Positions 47,394-57,166 of a stretch of DNA of 64,000 nucleotides are shown here, piece after piece; the first letter of the stretch is position 1, and each line of letters starts with the position of its first letter. Position numbers and translations under genes: made by a program. Under the pieces are notes generated by a model. It was not told where the DNA came from, made no database searches, and saw nothing but the letters and a program-made list of their open reading frames with translations. The stretch lies in the NCBI GenBank assembly GCA_963764165.1, contig CAVXRD010000002.1, positions 2,592,001 through 2,656,000 of the forward strand, given 5' to 3'. Source of the DNA: an uncultured Verrucomicrobiae bacterium (GTDB lineage: Bacteria > Verrucomicrobiota > Verrucomicrobiia > Limisphaerales > Palsa-1400).

Positions 47394-47437
47394 TTGGCAC
47401 TATACCCCCGGCATTTTGGCACATGGCGCCATCGACA
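47394..47437 (+). promoter_or_regulatory. TTGGCAC direct-repeat operator (site 3)
   Basis: TTGGCACtatacccccggcattTTGGCAC-N9-TCGACA; near-identical to site 1. Confidence 0.72.
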
Positions 47438-47596
47438 ACCGCGCTGGAACGTGTTAGAACTCTCTTCAATGACCCATGAAGAACCGCTCCAAGCGTGGAC
47501 GCGCCATCTCCCGTTCGCGCCGTCGCATGTGCCTTGCGGCTCTTCTTTGCGCCGTTTCGGCCAGAAAACGGCTGCAATGCAAATGAAGCAACAATT

Positions 47597-49669
47597 ATGA
47601 AATCCTCACAGAAAAAATCCCTCACCATTGCCTCCGCCTCCGCCCTTGCCGCGAGCATGGCGCATGGCGATATTCTTTATACTCCCATAAACCAAACCAT
47701 TGTCGCGGGTGGCAATGACACCTACACGTTCGACCTTAACCAGGACGGCAGCGCTGACTTTTTGATTGAGTTCGACAACAATAACGCCCTTAAGCCCTAT
47801 ATAAATGATAGCGTCGGCACAACTGGCGCCACGCTGTCCTACGTGCTCTCCGACCCCAGCACGACTGGTTTGCCCTTGGCGACGAATGGCATGCTGATCG
47901 ATCAAAATTATGAATCGGCCCAATCGGTGGGATATTTCTATGAAAATACCGGTGATACCGTCGTCGGCGACTGGGACAGCGGCGGCACAAATATTGACGC
48001 CTATGTCGGGCTGGAGTTGATCGACACCAACGGCGTCACTCATTATGGCTGGGCTCAATTCATTTATAACTCCAAGACGGTCGATAACGGAGTCACCGGC
48101 ATATTGACGATTGTTGATTGCGCCATGAATACGGATACCAATGGAATTTATGCGGGACAAACGGCTCCGTTCGGTCCGCCTTCAATCGTCACGCCGCCCG
48201 CCTCAGAAACGAACGCCATCGGAGGTGTGGCCAATTTTGAAGTCATCGCCATAGGCTCCCCGGCACCAACATATCAATGGATGGCCGGCGCGGTCGGCAG
48301 CGGCATTTACACCAACCTGAGCGATTCCGCGACGGTTTCAGGTGTCACAAATAGCACGCTGACCATATCGAATCTGACCTCGGCAAATGCAGAAGACTAT
48401 ATTGTCCTGGTGTCGAATGTGGACGGCACTGTCTCCAATTCGCCGCCCGCGACGCTGACCGTGCTTCCGCTGCTCATCACTGGGCTGTCGCCGTCACCAG
48501 TAGAGTTGTATGCGGGAGGAACAGCGCATATCACAGCAAGCTGCCAAAGCGCTTCGTCCACCCAGTTTCAATGGTTGAAAAATGGAGCGCCACTGTCAGA
48601 CGGAGGCCGGGTCTCGGGCTCCCACGCTAGCACGCTCACTATTGATTCCCTGTCGCTGTCGGATTCGGGGAACTACTCCGTGATCGCCTCGAATAGCTAC
48701 GGCGCGGTCACGAGCAAGGTGGATGCCGTCACGGTCATCACGCCGCCCAGCCCCTACCAGCAAGCCGTGGCGCAGCTTTCGCCAGTTTGCTACTACAGCT
48801 TCAGCGAAACCAATGATCCGGCGATGACCAATGTCATCGCTTATGACTTCGTCGGAGGATTGAACGGCGTCTACGGTTACCAGGTTGAAAACGGGAATAG
48901 CAATTATAACATTGCCGGCCCGCAGCTTGCCGACGGTTATGCTGGGTTCCCGTCAAATAACACCGCGATGCTCGTCGGCCCGACATCTCACAGCCCGATT
49001 TCCTGGGTCGTGACACCCCCGCCCAATCTTGACACCAACACGGTGACTTACGTCTGTTGGCTGTATCCGACTGAGGCTCAAGCGGCCTGGAACGTGATTC
49101 TGAGCTACCGCTCCCAAGTGGCGGGCACCGCCAACGGAATGAACTTCAGCGGCACCGGGGACGGCGACCTGGCCTACCACTGGAACGACAACGAGTACGG
49201 CTATGACTCGGGACTCTATGTGCCCATATCCGAATGGTCGATGGCGGCGGAAGCCGTCTCGGCCACAAACGTTACGTTCTACCTGTTTAACACCAGCGAG
49301 ATGCTGTCGGCTACCAATGTCTACAATCAAGTCGTCCAGGCATTCAATACCGATGGCAATTTCGGCGGGGATAGCGTTGATGGCAACTTCGTGGGTGAAT
49401 TGGATGAAATTGCCATCTTCAATCAAACACTGTCGTCGAACCAGCTCGCCGGGCTTTTTAATGTCGCTGTCACTGGAATAAATCCGAATGCGCCCGTCAC
49501 GATCACGATTCAGCCCGCCGGAGCAGGCAATGTGACATTGACTTGGCCGCAGGGCACGCTGCTGCAAGCCCCGGCGCTCACTGGCCCTTGGACCACCAAT
49601 GCCGCCACTTCGCCTTATACGACGGCGACTTCGGGAACGCAGCAATTTTACAAGGTGATAGTGCAATAG
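47597..49669 (+). CDS. Secreted Ig-domain / LamG-like protein with conserved C-terminal tag
   Basis: Signal peptide MKSSQKK..AHG; two Ig domains (YQW, FQWLKNG, DSGNYSV); LamG-like PVCYYSF...FVGELDEIAIFN. Confidence 0.8.
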   Translation: MKSSQKKSLTIASASALAASMAHGDILYTPINQTIVAGGNDTYTFDLNQDGSADFLIEFDNNNALKPYINDSVGTTGATLSYVLSDPSTTGLPLATNGMLIDQNYESAQSVGYFYENTGDTVVGDWDSGGTNIDAYVGLELIDTNGVTHYGWAQFIYNSKTVDNGVTGILTIVDCAMNTDTNGIYAGQTAPFGPPSIVTPPASETNAIGGVANFEVIAIGSPAPTYQWMAGAVGSGIYTNLSDSATVSGVTNSTLTISNLTSANAEDYIVLVSNVDGTVSNSPPATLTVLPLLITGLSPSPVELYAGGTAHITASCQSASSTQFQWLKNGAPLSDGGRVSGSHASTLTIDSLSLSDSGNYSVIASNSYGAVTSKVDAVTVITPPSPYQQAVAQLSPVCYYSFSETNDPAMTNVIAYDFVGGLNGVYGYQVENGNSNYNIAGPQLADGYAGFPSNNTAMLVGPTSHSPISWVVTPPPNLDTNTVTYVCWLYPTEAQAAWNVILSYRSQVAGTANGMNFSGTGDGDLAYHWNDNEYGYDSGLYVPISEWSMAAEAVSATNVTFYLFNTSEMLSATNVYNQVVQAFNTDGNFGGDSVDGNFVGELDEIAIFNQTLSSNQLAGLFNVAVTGINPNAPVTITIQPAGAGNVTLTWPQGTLLQAPALTGPWTTNAATSPYTTATSGTQQFYKVIVQ

Positions 49670-49708
49670 TGGAAAACGGGGTTCCTGTGTCGAACCCCGC
49701 ATTTTCCA
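49670..49708. terminator. Hairpin between convergent genes (possible bidirectional terminator)
   Basis: tggaaaa-cggggttc-loop-gaaccccg-ca-ttttcca immediately after the stop codon. Confidence 0.55.
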
Positions 49709-49776
49709 AATTCCGGACATCATGAATCTGGCCGCGCGGCAGCTCCGTCCGGCCAGCTTCCCTATTTGCAGAAGTT

Positions 49777-50643
49777 CTAAATGAGCCGGACGTAGACCCG
49801 GCGCGGCGGGAGTTCCGAACCGCCCATGCGCAGAGCCAAATTCGCCGTTTCGCGGTGCTCATGTTCGCCGCCGCGAAATTGAAGCCATTTCACGGGTTGT
49901 GATGGATCGTAGACCTTCAAATTATGGTAGAGCAGGCAAAGGTTCCCCAATCCCCTCAATCGCGCATTTGGGTGTATGACCACGCGCACATCGTAAAATA
50001 GAACTTCACCTTGACGCCGGATCAGCAGCGTTCCGATTGGCTGGTCGCCATCGAAAAGGATGCTCGACATGTCCGGCTCAAATCCCGACGTCGCGGCCGA
50101 TCCCCAATATCGGAAGAGCTCGCTTTGCGTCATCAATTTGTAGCGGGCGACCAGGTCCAGGATAATTTGGGCGGGAAATTGGCGGATGGACTTTGTCTGC
50201 CACGTTGGAGGAATGTCCTCTTCGTAGCGCTCCATCATTTTGCCAACGCGCTTGGCGGCCACCAAGCCTTCGATGCGGAAGAATCGCTCGGTCCTCAGCA
50301 CGTCGAATCCGTTTGCCTTGAGGAAAGCAACGCGGGGATCGTCGTCCGCCAATAATTCGCCGTAGAGCAATTTGCCCATGTCCGCCACCCGGTATTTCAC
50401 CGCCGCCGCCTCAATGAGCCGCCGGGCAATATCATCGTGAGCGACTCCCGGCTGGCAGGCGAAAACGAAACGGACGAAGTCTGCTTCAACCCAACTGGCC
50501 AGCGCGCCTACGAACCTCTCCACCGGCACGGCCTTCACCGCCGCCAGAAATTCCGAATCGGAAGGATAACTGAAATTCCGCAGCAAATGCCGCACCCGCG
50601 GAACCTCGGAACTTTGCGGAGCGCGCATTAGCAAATCATTCAT
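49777..50643 (-). CDS. Hypothetical protein, possibly tandem GNAT-like fold
   Basis: Long ORF; AFLKANGF and RLRGLG resemble GNAT motifs; no firm family. Confidence 0.55.
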   Translation of the reverse strand: MNDLLMRAPQSSEVPRVRHLLRNFSYPSDSEFLAAVKAVPVERFVGALASWVEADFVRFVFACQPGVAHDDIARRLIEAAAVKYRVADMGKLLYGELLADDDPRVAFLKANGFDVLRTERFFRIEGLVAAKRVGKMMERYEEDIPPTWQTKSIRQFPAQIILDLVARYKLMTQSELFRYWGSAATSGFEPDMSSILFDGDQPIGTLLIRRQGEVLFYDVRVVIHPNARLRGLGNLCLLYHNLKVYDPSQPVKWLQFRGGEHEHRETANLALRMGGSELPPRRVYVRLI

Positions 50644-50698
50644 GTGTTCGCCGCCAATGATACTCGTCTTGACGCGTGATGGGAGAAAAAATGATGAG

Positions 50699-50730
50699 GC
50701 CGCAGACGAACACAGATCAACACAGATTTA
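50699..50730. repeat. Half copy of family D repeat
   Basis: gccgcagacgaacacagatcaacacagattta vs 20735. Confidence 0.6.
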
Positions 50731-50805
50731 TGATGAACCGCCCATCCGCCTCCCCGCAGAAGTTTTATCGTCTTATGGGTTATTAGCCGTAAAATGCAGT
50801 TAAAA

Positions 50806-50853
50806 GGTAGCGCCACCGTCTCGGTCGCCTCCAGTCGGCGTCCCGCCGACTGG
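50806..50853. repeat. Family E palindromic repeat arm
   Basis: ggtagcgccaccgtctcggtcgcctccagtcggcgtcccgccgactgg. Confidence 0.55.
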
Positions 50854-50878
50854 CTTTGCGCAGGCCGTCGACCGGGGC

Positions 50879-52147
50879 TCAATTGCCACGAGCCGCTTTG
50901 ACGGCGTAGCACCAAAGGCTGGCGTGGTCGCGAATGTAGAGGCGTCCGTTGGCGATGACCGGGTAGGCCCAGGACTTTTCCATGGGATTCGAATGAGGCG
51001 CTTCTCCAATGGGATTGAAGCGGCCGCGTTCATGGTAACCTTCAGAAGTTGCGTCCACCAGGCCCACTTCTCCGTTTTCGCCATGCAAATACAGGTGTCC
51101 GTCCGCATAGCAAATAGATGCGGCTCCCACCGAACGCTCCTTCCATTTGGTCTCGCCAGTCAGATAATTCACACATAGCAAAGCGTCACCGGTCGCGCCG
51201 TAAAGAGAATCCCCAACTTTGACCACGCCGCCGATGGCGGCTGGGGCGCCGGCCGCAAAATAGATTTGCTCTGGCTCGACTGTGGACCCTGCGGCCTTGA
51301 GCTTGATAAGCCCGCCGCCTGTTCCAGTCGCGGAGCAGTAAATATAATTGCCGCTGGCGAGCGGGGTCTGAATGTTTGCCCCATAACGGCTGATGGGCTT
51401 GCTGTAACGCCATAAGAACCTCCCGGTCTTGGCGTCGATTCCGACAAGCCCCTTTTCAAGCAAGCAGACATACTGGCGCACGCCGGCCGCTTCCACAACA
51501 ATCGTCGAGGCGAAAGACGCATCGTCGCCCTCAGGCAGCGCGCACTTCCAAATCACCGCGCCAGAGTCCTTGCGCAGGGCCACGACTGTCGCATGGCTGC
51601 CGCCGGGTGCGCACACAACGGCTTCGCCATCAACCAACGGTGATTCAGCGTAGGCCCATTCGCCGGGTTTTCCGCCGAATTCAGCGCGCACGTTCTTTTG
51701 CCAGCGGATATGCCCGGTCTTGCGGTCGAGGCACGCCAAATCACCGTCGGAACCGAGAGCGTAAATTGCCTCGCCCTCGACGGTTGGGGTTGAGCGCGCG
51801 GCGGGGAAGTTGGGATCCTGTTTGGGATTGCCGACTTTGCCAATGCGGGCAGACCAAACGCGTTTGCCGTTGGCCGCGTCGAGCGCCTCGACAAATTCAT
51901 TGTCCAATCCCTCATTGGCCAGCAGGTAGAGGCGATCCCCGGCCACGGCGGGTGTTGAATAGCCGCGGCCGATGTCGTCGGACTTCCAGAGCATCTTTGG
52001 CCCCTCCTTGGGCCATTCCCCGAGCAGTCCCGTCTCGCGGGAAATCCCGTCCCGGCGCGGCCCGCGCCATTGCGGCCAGTCATCAGCTCGAACCAAACTC
52101 GGAATCAAAGCAACGACAGCAACCCAAAGAGCATAACGGAGTTTCAT
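50879..52147 (-). CDS. PQQ-binding-like beta-propeller repeat protein
   Basis: Signal peptide; DWPQWRGPRRDG, GYSTPAV, ESPLVDG, WAYPVIANGRLYIRD. Confidence 0.88.
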   Translation of the reverse strand: MKLRYALWVAVVALIPSLVRADDWPQWRGPRRDGISRETGLLGEWPKEGPKMLWKSDDIGRGYSTPAVAGDRLYLLANEGLDNEFVEALDAANGKRVWSARIGKVGNPKQDPNFPAARSTPTVEGEAIYALGSDGDLACLDRKTGHIRWQKNVRAEFGGKPGEWAYAESPLVDGEAVVCAPGGSHATVVALRKDSGAVIWKCALPEGDDASFASTIVVEAAGVRQYVCLLEKGLVGIDAKTGRFLWRYSKPISRYGANIQTPLASGNYIYCSATGTGGGLIKLKAAGSTVEPEQIYFAAGAPAAIGGVVKVGDSLYGATGDALLCVNYLTGETKWKERSVGAASICYADGHLYLHGENGEVGLVDATSEGYHERGRFNPIGEAPHSNPMEKSWAYPVIANGRLYIRDHASLWCYAVKAARGN

Positions 52148-52315
52148 AAGAACCAAAGCCTGCACCGATACTGGCCGACCTGGCGGGGCGAAGTCAAAGC
52201 GAATTGATTTTGCGAATTTGCGTCGCGAGGCGGTTTCCAATTGACAACCGCGGCGCGAGTTCCAAATATTGCGACCTTGCCTGCCCCTTCAGGCGGCGAG
52301 GTTCGATTTATCCAT

Positions 52316-53329
52316 ATGCAAAAAAAAGCCTTGATTACAGGCATCACCGGCCAGGATGGCTCATATCTGGCAGAACTGCTGCTGGGCAAAGGTTACGAAG
52401 TCCACGGCATCATCCGCCGCGCCAGCAGTTTCAATACGGGCCGGCTCGAATCCGTTTATTCCGATCCCCATGTCAGCCAGACCCGCCTCAAGCTGCATTA
52501 CGGCGATCTGAGCGATGGCAGCGGGTTGAGCCGGCTGCTGGAGCAAATCCAGCCTGACGAAATTTACAACCTGGCCGCGCAGAGCCATGTGCGGGTCAGC
52601 TTTGACGCCCCCGAATACACGACGGATGTGACCGCCACCGGCACAGTCCGGCTGCTGGAGGCCGTCCGGCAGGTCGGGCTTCATGCGCGCATTTACCAGG
52701 CGTCATCAAGCGAAATGTACGGCCGGGTGCAGGACATTCCGCAGACCGAGCAGACGCCCTTTTACCCGCGAAGCCCTTACGGGTGCTCCAAGGTGTATTC
52801 CTATTGGATCTCTGTCAATTACCGGGAATCCTACGGCATGCACGTCAGCAACGGGATTCTATTCAACCACGAATCCCCCCGCCGCGGAGCCACGTTTGTC
52901 ACCCGCAAGATCACGCGCGCGGTGGCGCACATCGCGGCCGGCCTGCAAAAGAAGCTTTACATGGGCAACCTGGACGCAAAACGCGACTGGGGCTACGCAA
53001 AGGAATACGTGGAAGCCATGTGGATCATGCTGCAGCAAGATCAGCCGGACGACTACGTTATTGCCACCAATGAAACGCATTCGGTTAGGGAGTTTTTGGA
53101 GCTGGCGTTTGCCAAAGTGAACCTGAACTGGCAGGAATTCGTGGAAATCGACGAGCGCTACTATCGGCCGGCGGAAGTTGATTTGTTGATTGGCGATTAC
53201 AGCAAAGCCAAACAGAAACTGGGATGGTCACCCAAAACAACCTTTGCGGAATTGGTCAAACTGATGGTGGAAGCGGATATCCAGCTCCTGGCCGACTACC
53301 GCGAAGGGAAGATCCCGGTGCCGGCCTAA
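52316..53329 (+). CDS. gmd: GDP-mannose 4,6-dehydratase
   Basis: [56 protein letters not shown]. Confidence 0.96.
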   Translation: MQKKALITGITGQDGSYLAELLLGKGYEVHGIIRRASSFNTGRLESVYSDPHVSQTRLKLHYGDLSDGSGLSRLLEQIQPDEIYNLAAQSHVRVSFDAPEYTTDVTATGTVRLLEAVRQVGLHARIYQASSSEMYGRVQDIPQTEQTPFYPRSPYGCSKVYSYWISVNYRESYGMHVSNGILFNHESPRRGATFVTRKITRAVAHIAAGLQKKLYMGNLDAKRDWGYAKEYVEAMWIMLQQDQPDDYVIATNETHSVREFLELAFAKVNLNWQEFVEIDERYYRPAEVDLLIGDYSKAKQKLGWSPKTTFAELVKLMVEADIQLLADYREGKIPVPA

Positions 53330-53382
53330 TCCGCTTTTGACCAGGGGAATGCCGACAGGAGGCCGAAAATTCAGCCTGTGAT

Positions 53383-53997
53383 TTAGCGAACGGGGAGGAC
53401 AACCTGTGGGCCGCTTAATTCCCACGATTTGACTTTCATGAAATGATCAAGCCATGCATGAAGGAGCACTTGATGGGCGCACTCAACAATCCCGTAAGTC
53501 CAGGCAGGCACGTAAAAATTCAGGTCGCCGAGCTTCCTCGAAGCATTGTCCGGCTTCATGCCGGAAAGGGTAACCACGCGCATACCTGCCTGCCTGGCGG
53601 TTGCGATTGCCTTAAGGACGTTGGGAGAATTTCCTGAACTGCTGATGGTAGCCAGGAGATCACCTTTTTTCCCAAACCACCCCAAAGGCTGCGCAAAAAT
53701 CTGCTCATAGCCCAAGTCATTGCCGATGGCGGTGAGAAAAGAGATATCGTTGTAAGCCATCGCTTTGACCCCGGCGTTCTTGACCCAATCCACCGCCATG
53801 TGGCTCGCCATGCAGGCGCTTGCGCCGTTGCCGACGAAATGCATGAGCCGGTCTTCCTCACGAACAGAGTGCGACCACGCGCAAAGAGCAGCCAGCGACT
53901 GGTCGCCCTGAACCTCCTTGCCGTCAACTGAAGTCACGCTGACCCGCTCCAGCGAACTGCTCATGCTGGCGCGGTAATTCAACCAATAATCGGTCAT
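53383..53997 (-). CDS. SIS-domain phosphosugar isomerase (GmhA-like)
   Basis: GNGASA..ASH, TAIGND.GYE, ISSSGNSPNV, VECAHQ. Confidence 0.85.
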   Translation of the reverse strand: MTDYWLNYRASMSSSLERVSVTSVDGKEVQGDQSLAALCAWSHSVREEDRLMHFVGNGASACMASHMAVDWVKNAGVKAMAYNDISFLTAIGNDLGYEQIFAQPLGWFGKKGDLLATISSSGNSPNVLKAIATARQAGMRVVTLSGMKPDNASRKLGDLNFYVPAWTYGIVECAHQVLLHAWLDHFMKVKSWELSGPQVVLPVR

Positions 53998-54116
53998 AAG
54001 GTTGCAACTTAAAATATCCAGCGCGCAGATTACCGGCGCAGCTAAATGCGGTCAATAGCGCGGGATGCCTGGCAGTGCGTTTGCTCCCGACAAAACCGGA
54101 CACGGCCAAAGGGTTC

Positions 54117-55181
54117 TCATTGCGCCTGCGCCGCGCGCTCACACCACGACTGGTGAATCTCTGAAAATGTGGTTTCCAAGTCCTTGGTAATTCCCCATCC
54201 CAAAAAGTGCGCCTTCATCTTCGTCAAGTCGGAGATGTAGCAAATATGGTCACCCTGGCGGTTTTGATCCACATACTCATACTTCATGGGTTTGCCAGAG
54301 ATGCGGGAAATCAAGTCGAAAGCTTCGAGGATCGAAACTGAATTGCCGCGGCCGCCGCCCAGGTTGTAGACCTCGCCGCAACGCGGGGCGCTGATGAACC
54401 GCTTCATGAACTCAACGACATCATAGCTGTGGATGTTGTCGCGCACCTGCTTGCCTTTGTATCCGAAAATCTTGTATGTGCGGCCTTCCAGGTTGCACTT
54501 GACGAGGAAGCTCAGGAACCCATGCAATTCGACGCCGCTGTGATTGGGACCTGTCAAACATCCGCCACGAAGACAGCAGGTGGGCAGCCCGAAATAGCGG
54601 CCATATTCCTGAACCATGATGTCGGCGGCGACCTTTGAGGCGCCAAACACCGAGTGTTTGCTCTGGTCAATTCGGAATGATTCAGCAATGCCCCCGGCGT
54701 AGGTGGGATCATCGTAGTCCCAGCGTTTCTCCAGTTCCTTTAGCCGGATTTCATTGGGCGCATCGCCATACACTTTGTTTGTGCTCATATGCACAAAGGG
54801 CGATTCCGGACACGACTGCCTGGCGGCCTCCAGCATATTGACAGTCCCCACTGCGTTGACATCAAAATCATCCCAAGGCCGGCTTGCGGCCAGGTCGTGG
54901 CTCGGCTGGGCGGCGGCATGGACGATCGCCTGCGGCTTGAGGGTCTTCAGCAAATCGAGAATGGCGGGGCGATTGCGGATATCGAGTTCGTGGTGGTGAA
55001 AATCCGGGTGGCGGTCCTTCAGCCGCTGCAAATTCCAGCGCGTATCGCCTTGGGGGCCGAAAAAATCGCTGCGCATGTTGTTATCCACGCCATGCACGAC
55101 CCACCCACTGGTCGAGAACGCAGCGACCACTTCCGATCCGATGAGACCGGACGAGCCTGTGACAAGAAGTTTAGCAGCCAT
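54117..55181 (-). CDS. NAD-dependent epimerase/dehydratase (CDP-paratose 2-epimerase-like)
   Basis: [39 protein letters not shown]. Confidence 0.85.
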   Translation of the reverse strand: MAAKLLVTGSSGLIGSEVVAAFSTSGWVVHGVDNNMRSDFFGPQGDTRWNLQRLKDRHPDFHHHELDIRNRPAILDLLKTLKPQAIVHAAAQPSHDLAASRPWDDFDVNAVGTVNMLEAARQSCPESPFVHMSTNKVYGDAPNEIRLKELEKRWDYDDPTYAGGIAESFRIDQSKHSVFGASKVAADIMVQEYGRYFGLPTCCLRGGCLTGPNHSGVELHGFLSFLVKCNLEGRTYKIFGYKGKQVRDNIHSYDVVEFMKRFISAPRCGEVYNLGGGRGNSVSILEAFDLISRISGKPMKYEYVDQNRQGDHICYISDLTKMKAHFLGWGITKDLETTFSEIHQSWCERAAQAQ

Positions 55182-55466
55182 TTGGCTTTTCGTAAATAAG
55201 CCTTCCTAAGTTCAAAAGCAACGTATTTTCTCGGAAAGATTGATTTTGAGATTTCGCGGCCCGGTCATTTGGGGGATCGGCATTGCGTTCGTCGGTCCAT
55301 CGCCGGTCAACGCATGTGGCAATTGTGATTGACTTGCGAGGCCCGTTTGGCTGCAATGGAGCGATAGTTGTGGTGTTGGCCGCAGCGTGAAAGTGGGTGA
55401 GGGGGGGAACGCAGGCTCGAGAGCTTTGAAGACGGATTCTTCGCTTCGATCACATTCGACGTTGCA

Positions 55467-56177
55467 ATGGAATCAAATTGCCAGTCTGTAAATTCAAGCG
55501 CCAAGAAATTGGATGCCTGCGAATTGACCAGCACGGAGTGTGCCCAGGCGAAACGGACCTCGCGCTTGCGGTTTATTGCATGGCTGCTGGTGTCCGCAAG
55601 CGCCTTATTTCTGGTTGGTTATCTCTATCGCGCTCCACTGCTCTCCGGCATGGCACGGGCGTGGGTGGTCAACGAGCCGACAACGCATGCCGATGCGATA
55701 GTGATACTGGGCGGCGGACTGGAAAGCCGGCCGTTCGCGGCCGCGAAATTATTTCATGCCAACGTTGCCTCGCGCATTCTTTACATGGACGTCAGGCGCA
55801 GCCCGTCCGAGGAGATGGGCATAACCTTGCCGGAGGTGGAGCAGACCCGCCGAATCTTGCTTAGCAATGGCGTGCCCGAGACCGCCATGACTGTGGTCGG
55901 CAGCAAAGTGACCAGCACATTTGACGAAGCGCGGGCGGTCAAAGGATGGGTTGAGAAGAACGGAGCCCAATCGATCATCATCCCGACCGACGCCTTTCAC
56001 ACACGCCGGGCGCGGTGGATTTTTCGCAAGGAACTTCGCGTTGCGAAGGCGGAAATCCACGTCGTTCCCATCGACCCCATTCGCTACAAGCTGAGCGATT
56101 GGTGGACTCATGAGGAAGGTTTGATTTTTTTTCAGAACGAAGTCGTCAAGTCGCTTTATTACCGGCTTCACTATTAA
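55467..56177 (+). CDS. YdcF/DUF218 family protein
   Basis: ADAIVILGGG, STFDEA, PTDAFHTRRA, EVVK. Confidence 0.85.
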   Translation: MESNCQSVNSSAKKLDACELTSTECAQAKRTSRLRFIAWLLVSASALFLVGYLYRAPLLSGMARAWVVNEPTTHADAIVILGGGLESRPFAAAKLFHANVASRILYMDVRRSPSEEMGITLPEVEQTRRILLSNGVPETAMTVVGSKVTSTFDEARAVKGWVEKNGAQSIIIPTDAFHTRRARWIFRKELRVAKAEIHVVPIDPIRYKLSDWWTHEEGLIFFQNEVVKSLYYRLHY

Positions 56178-56251
56178 AATCATTGTCGGGCAAAAGCGCG
56201 CGCACGGGCTTTTGACAATCACCGTAATTCAGCCGTTTTGCATTCCCAGAA

Positions 56252-57103
56252 ATGTCGAGTCTCTCCATCACAATTTATACGCCCGAATCGCCTTTGCGGC
56301 ATCCCGGGCGGCTATTGACCGGCATGCTTCGAGATCTGCTGGCGTCGCGCGAACTGGCTTGGCGCCTTTTTATGCGTGATTTGAGCGCCCAATATCGGCA
56401 GACGTTCCTGGGTTACATTTGGGCATTTCTGCCGCCGTTGGTTGCTTCCATCACTTTTATCTATTTAAATTCGCAGGGCATCGTGAGCATTCAAGGGACT
56501 GGCATTCCATACCCGGCGTTTGCGATAATCGGCACCTTGCTATGGCAGGTTTTTGTAGACGCGATCCAATGTCCGTCGCAAGCCGTCAATTCAGGCAAAC
56601 CAATGCTGGCGAAGATCAATTTCCCGCGTGAAGCTTTGGTGCTGGGCGGCCTTTATATGGTGATATTTAATCTAGGCATCCGGCTGGTGCTGGCTGCCGC
56701 TGTCATGGTGATCTGGAAGATCACGCCGGGCGCCGGGTTACTATTGTTTCCGGTGGCATTGGCCAGTCTTGTTGCTGCTGGACTTGCCATAGGCATGGCC
56801 ATTTTGCCTGTTGGAACATTGTACGGTGATATTACTCGCGGCATTCCGATTATCACTCAATTCTGGATGCTTCTGACGCCCGTCGTATATCCAGCCAAGA
56901 CCGGCGGATTGGCCGGGTTGCTGTCCGGCTGGAATCCCCTCTCTCCGCTCATAACGGTCGCCCGCGAAACTCTTTGCAACCAGCCCGTGACGTTGATTGT
57001 TCCGTTTATTGTTGTCGTCGCAATCTCGCTCGTGTTCGTCTTTTTAGGATTGCTCGCTTACCGGCTGGTCATGCCCTTGCTCATTGAGCGGATGGGCGGG
57101 TAG
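56252..57103 (+). CDS. wzm: ABC-2 polysaccharide transporter permease
   Basis: RDL.AQYRQT.LGY.WA, KINFPRE, TPVVYP, NPLS; six hydrophobic segments. Confidence 0.9.
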   Translation: MSSLSITIYTPESPLRHPGRLLTGMLRDLLASRELAWRLFMRDLSAQYRQTFLGYIWAFLPPLVASITFIYLNSQGIVSIQGTGIPYPAFAIIGTLLWQVFVDAIQCPSQAVNSGKPMLAKINFPREALVLGGLYMVIFNLGIRLVLAAAVMVIWKITPGAGLLLFPVALASLVAAGLAIGMAILPVGTLYGDITRGIPIITQFWMLLTPVVYPAKTGGLAGLLSGWNPLSPLITVARETLCNQPVTLIVPFIVVVAISLVFVFLGLLAYRLVMPLLIERMGG

Positions 57104-57166
57104 CGCACACACCTAGTCCAGTTCGCGCATGGGCAAACCAAACCCACTGCCTCACCTCCATAACGC

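Noticed and set aside
52291..52302. aggcggcgagg as an ops/JUMPstart element before gmd
   Set aside because: It does not match GGCGGTAG, and GC-rich DNA gives such near-matches by chance.
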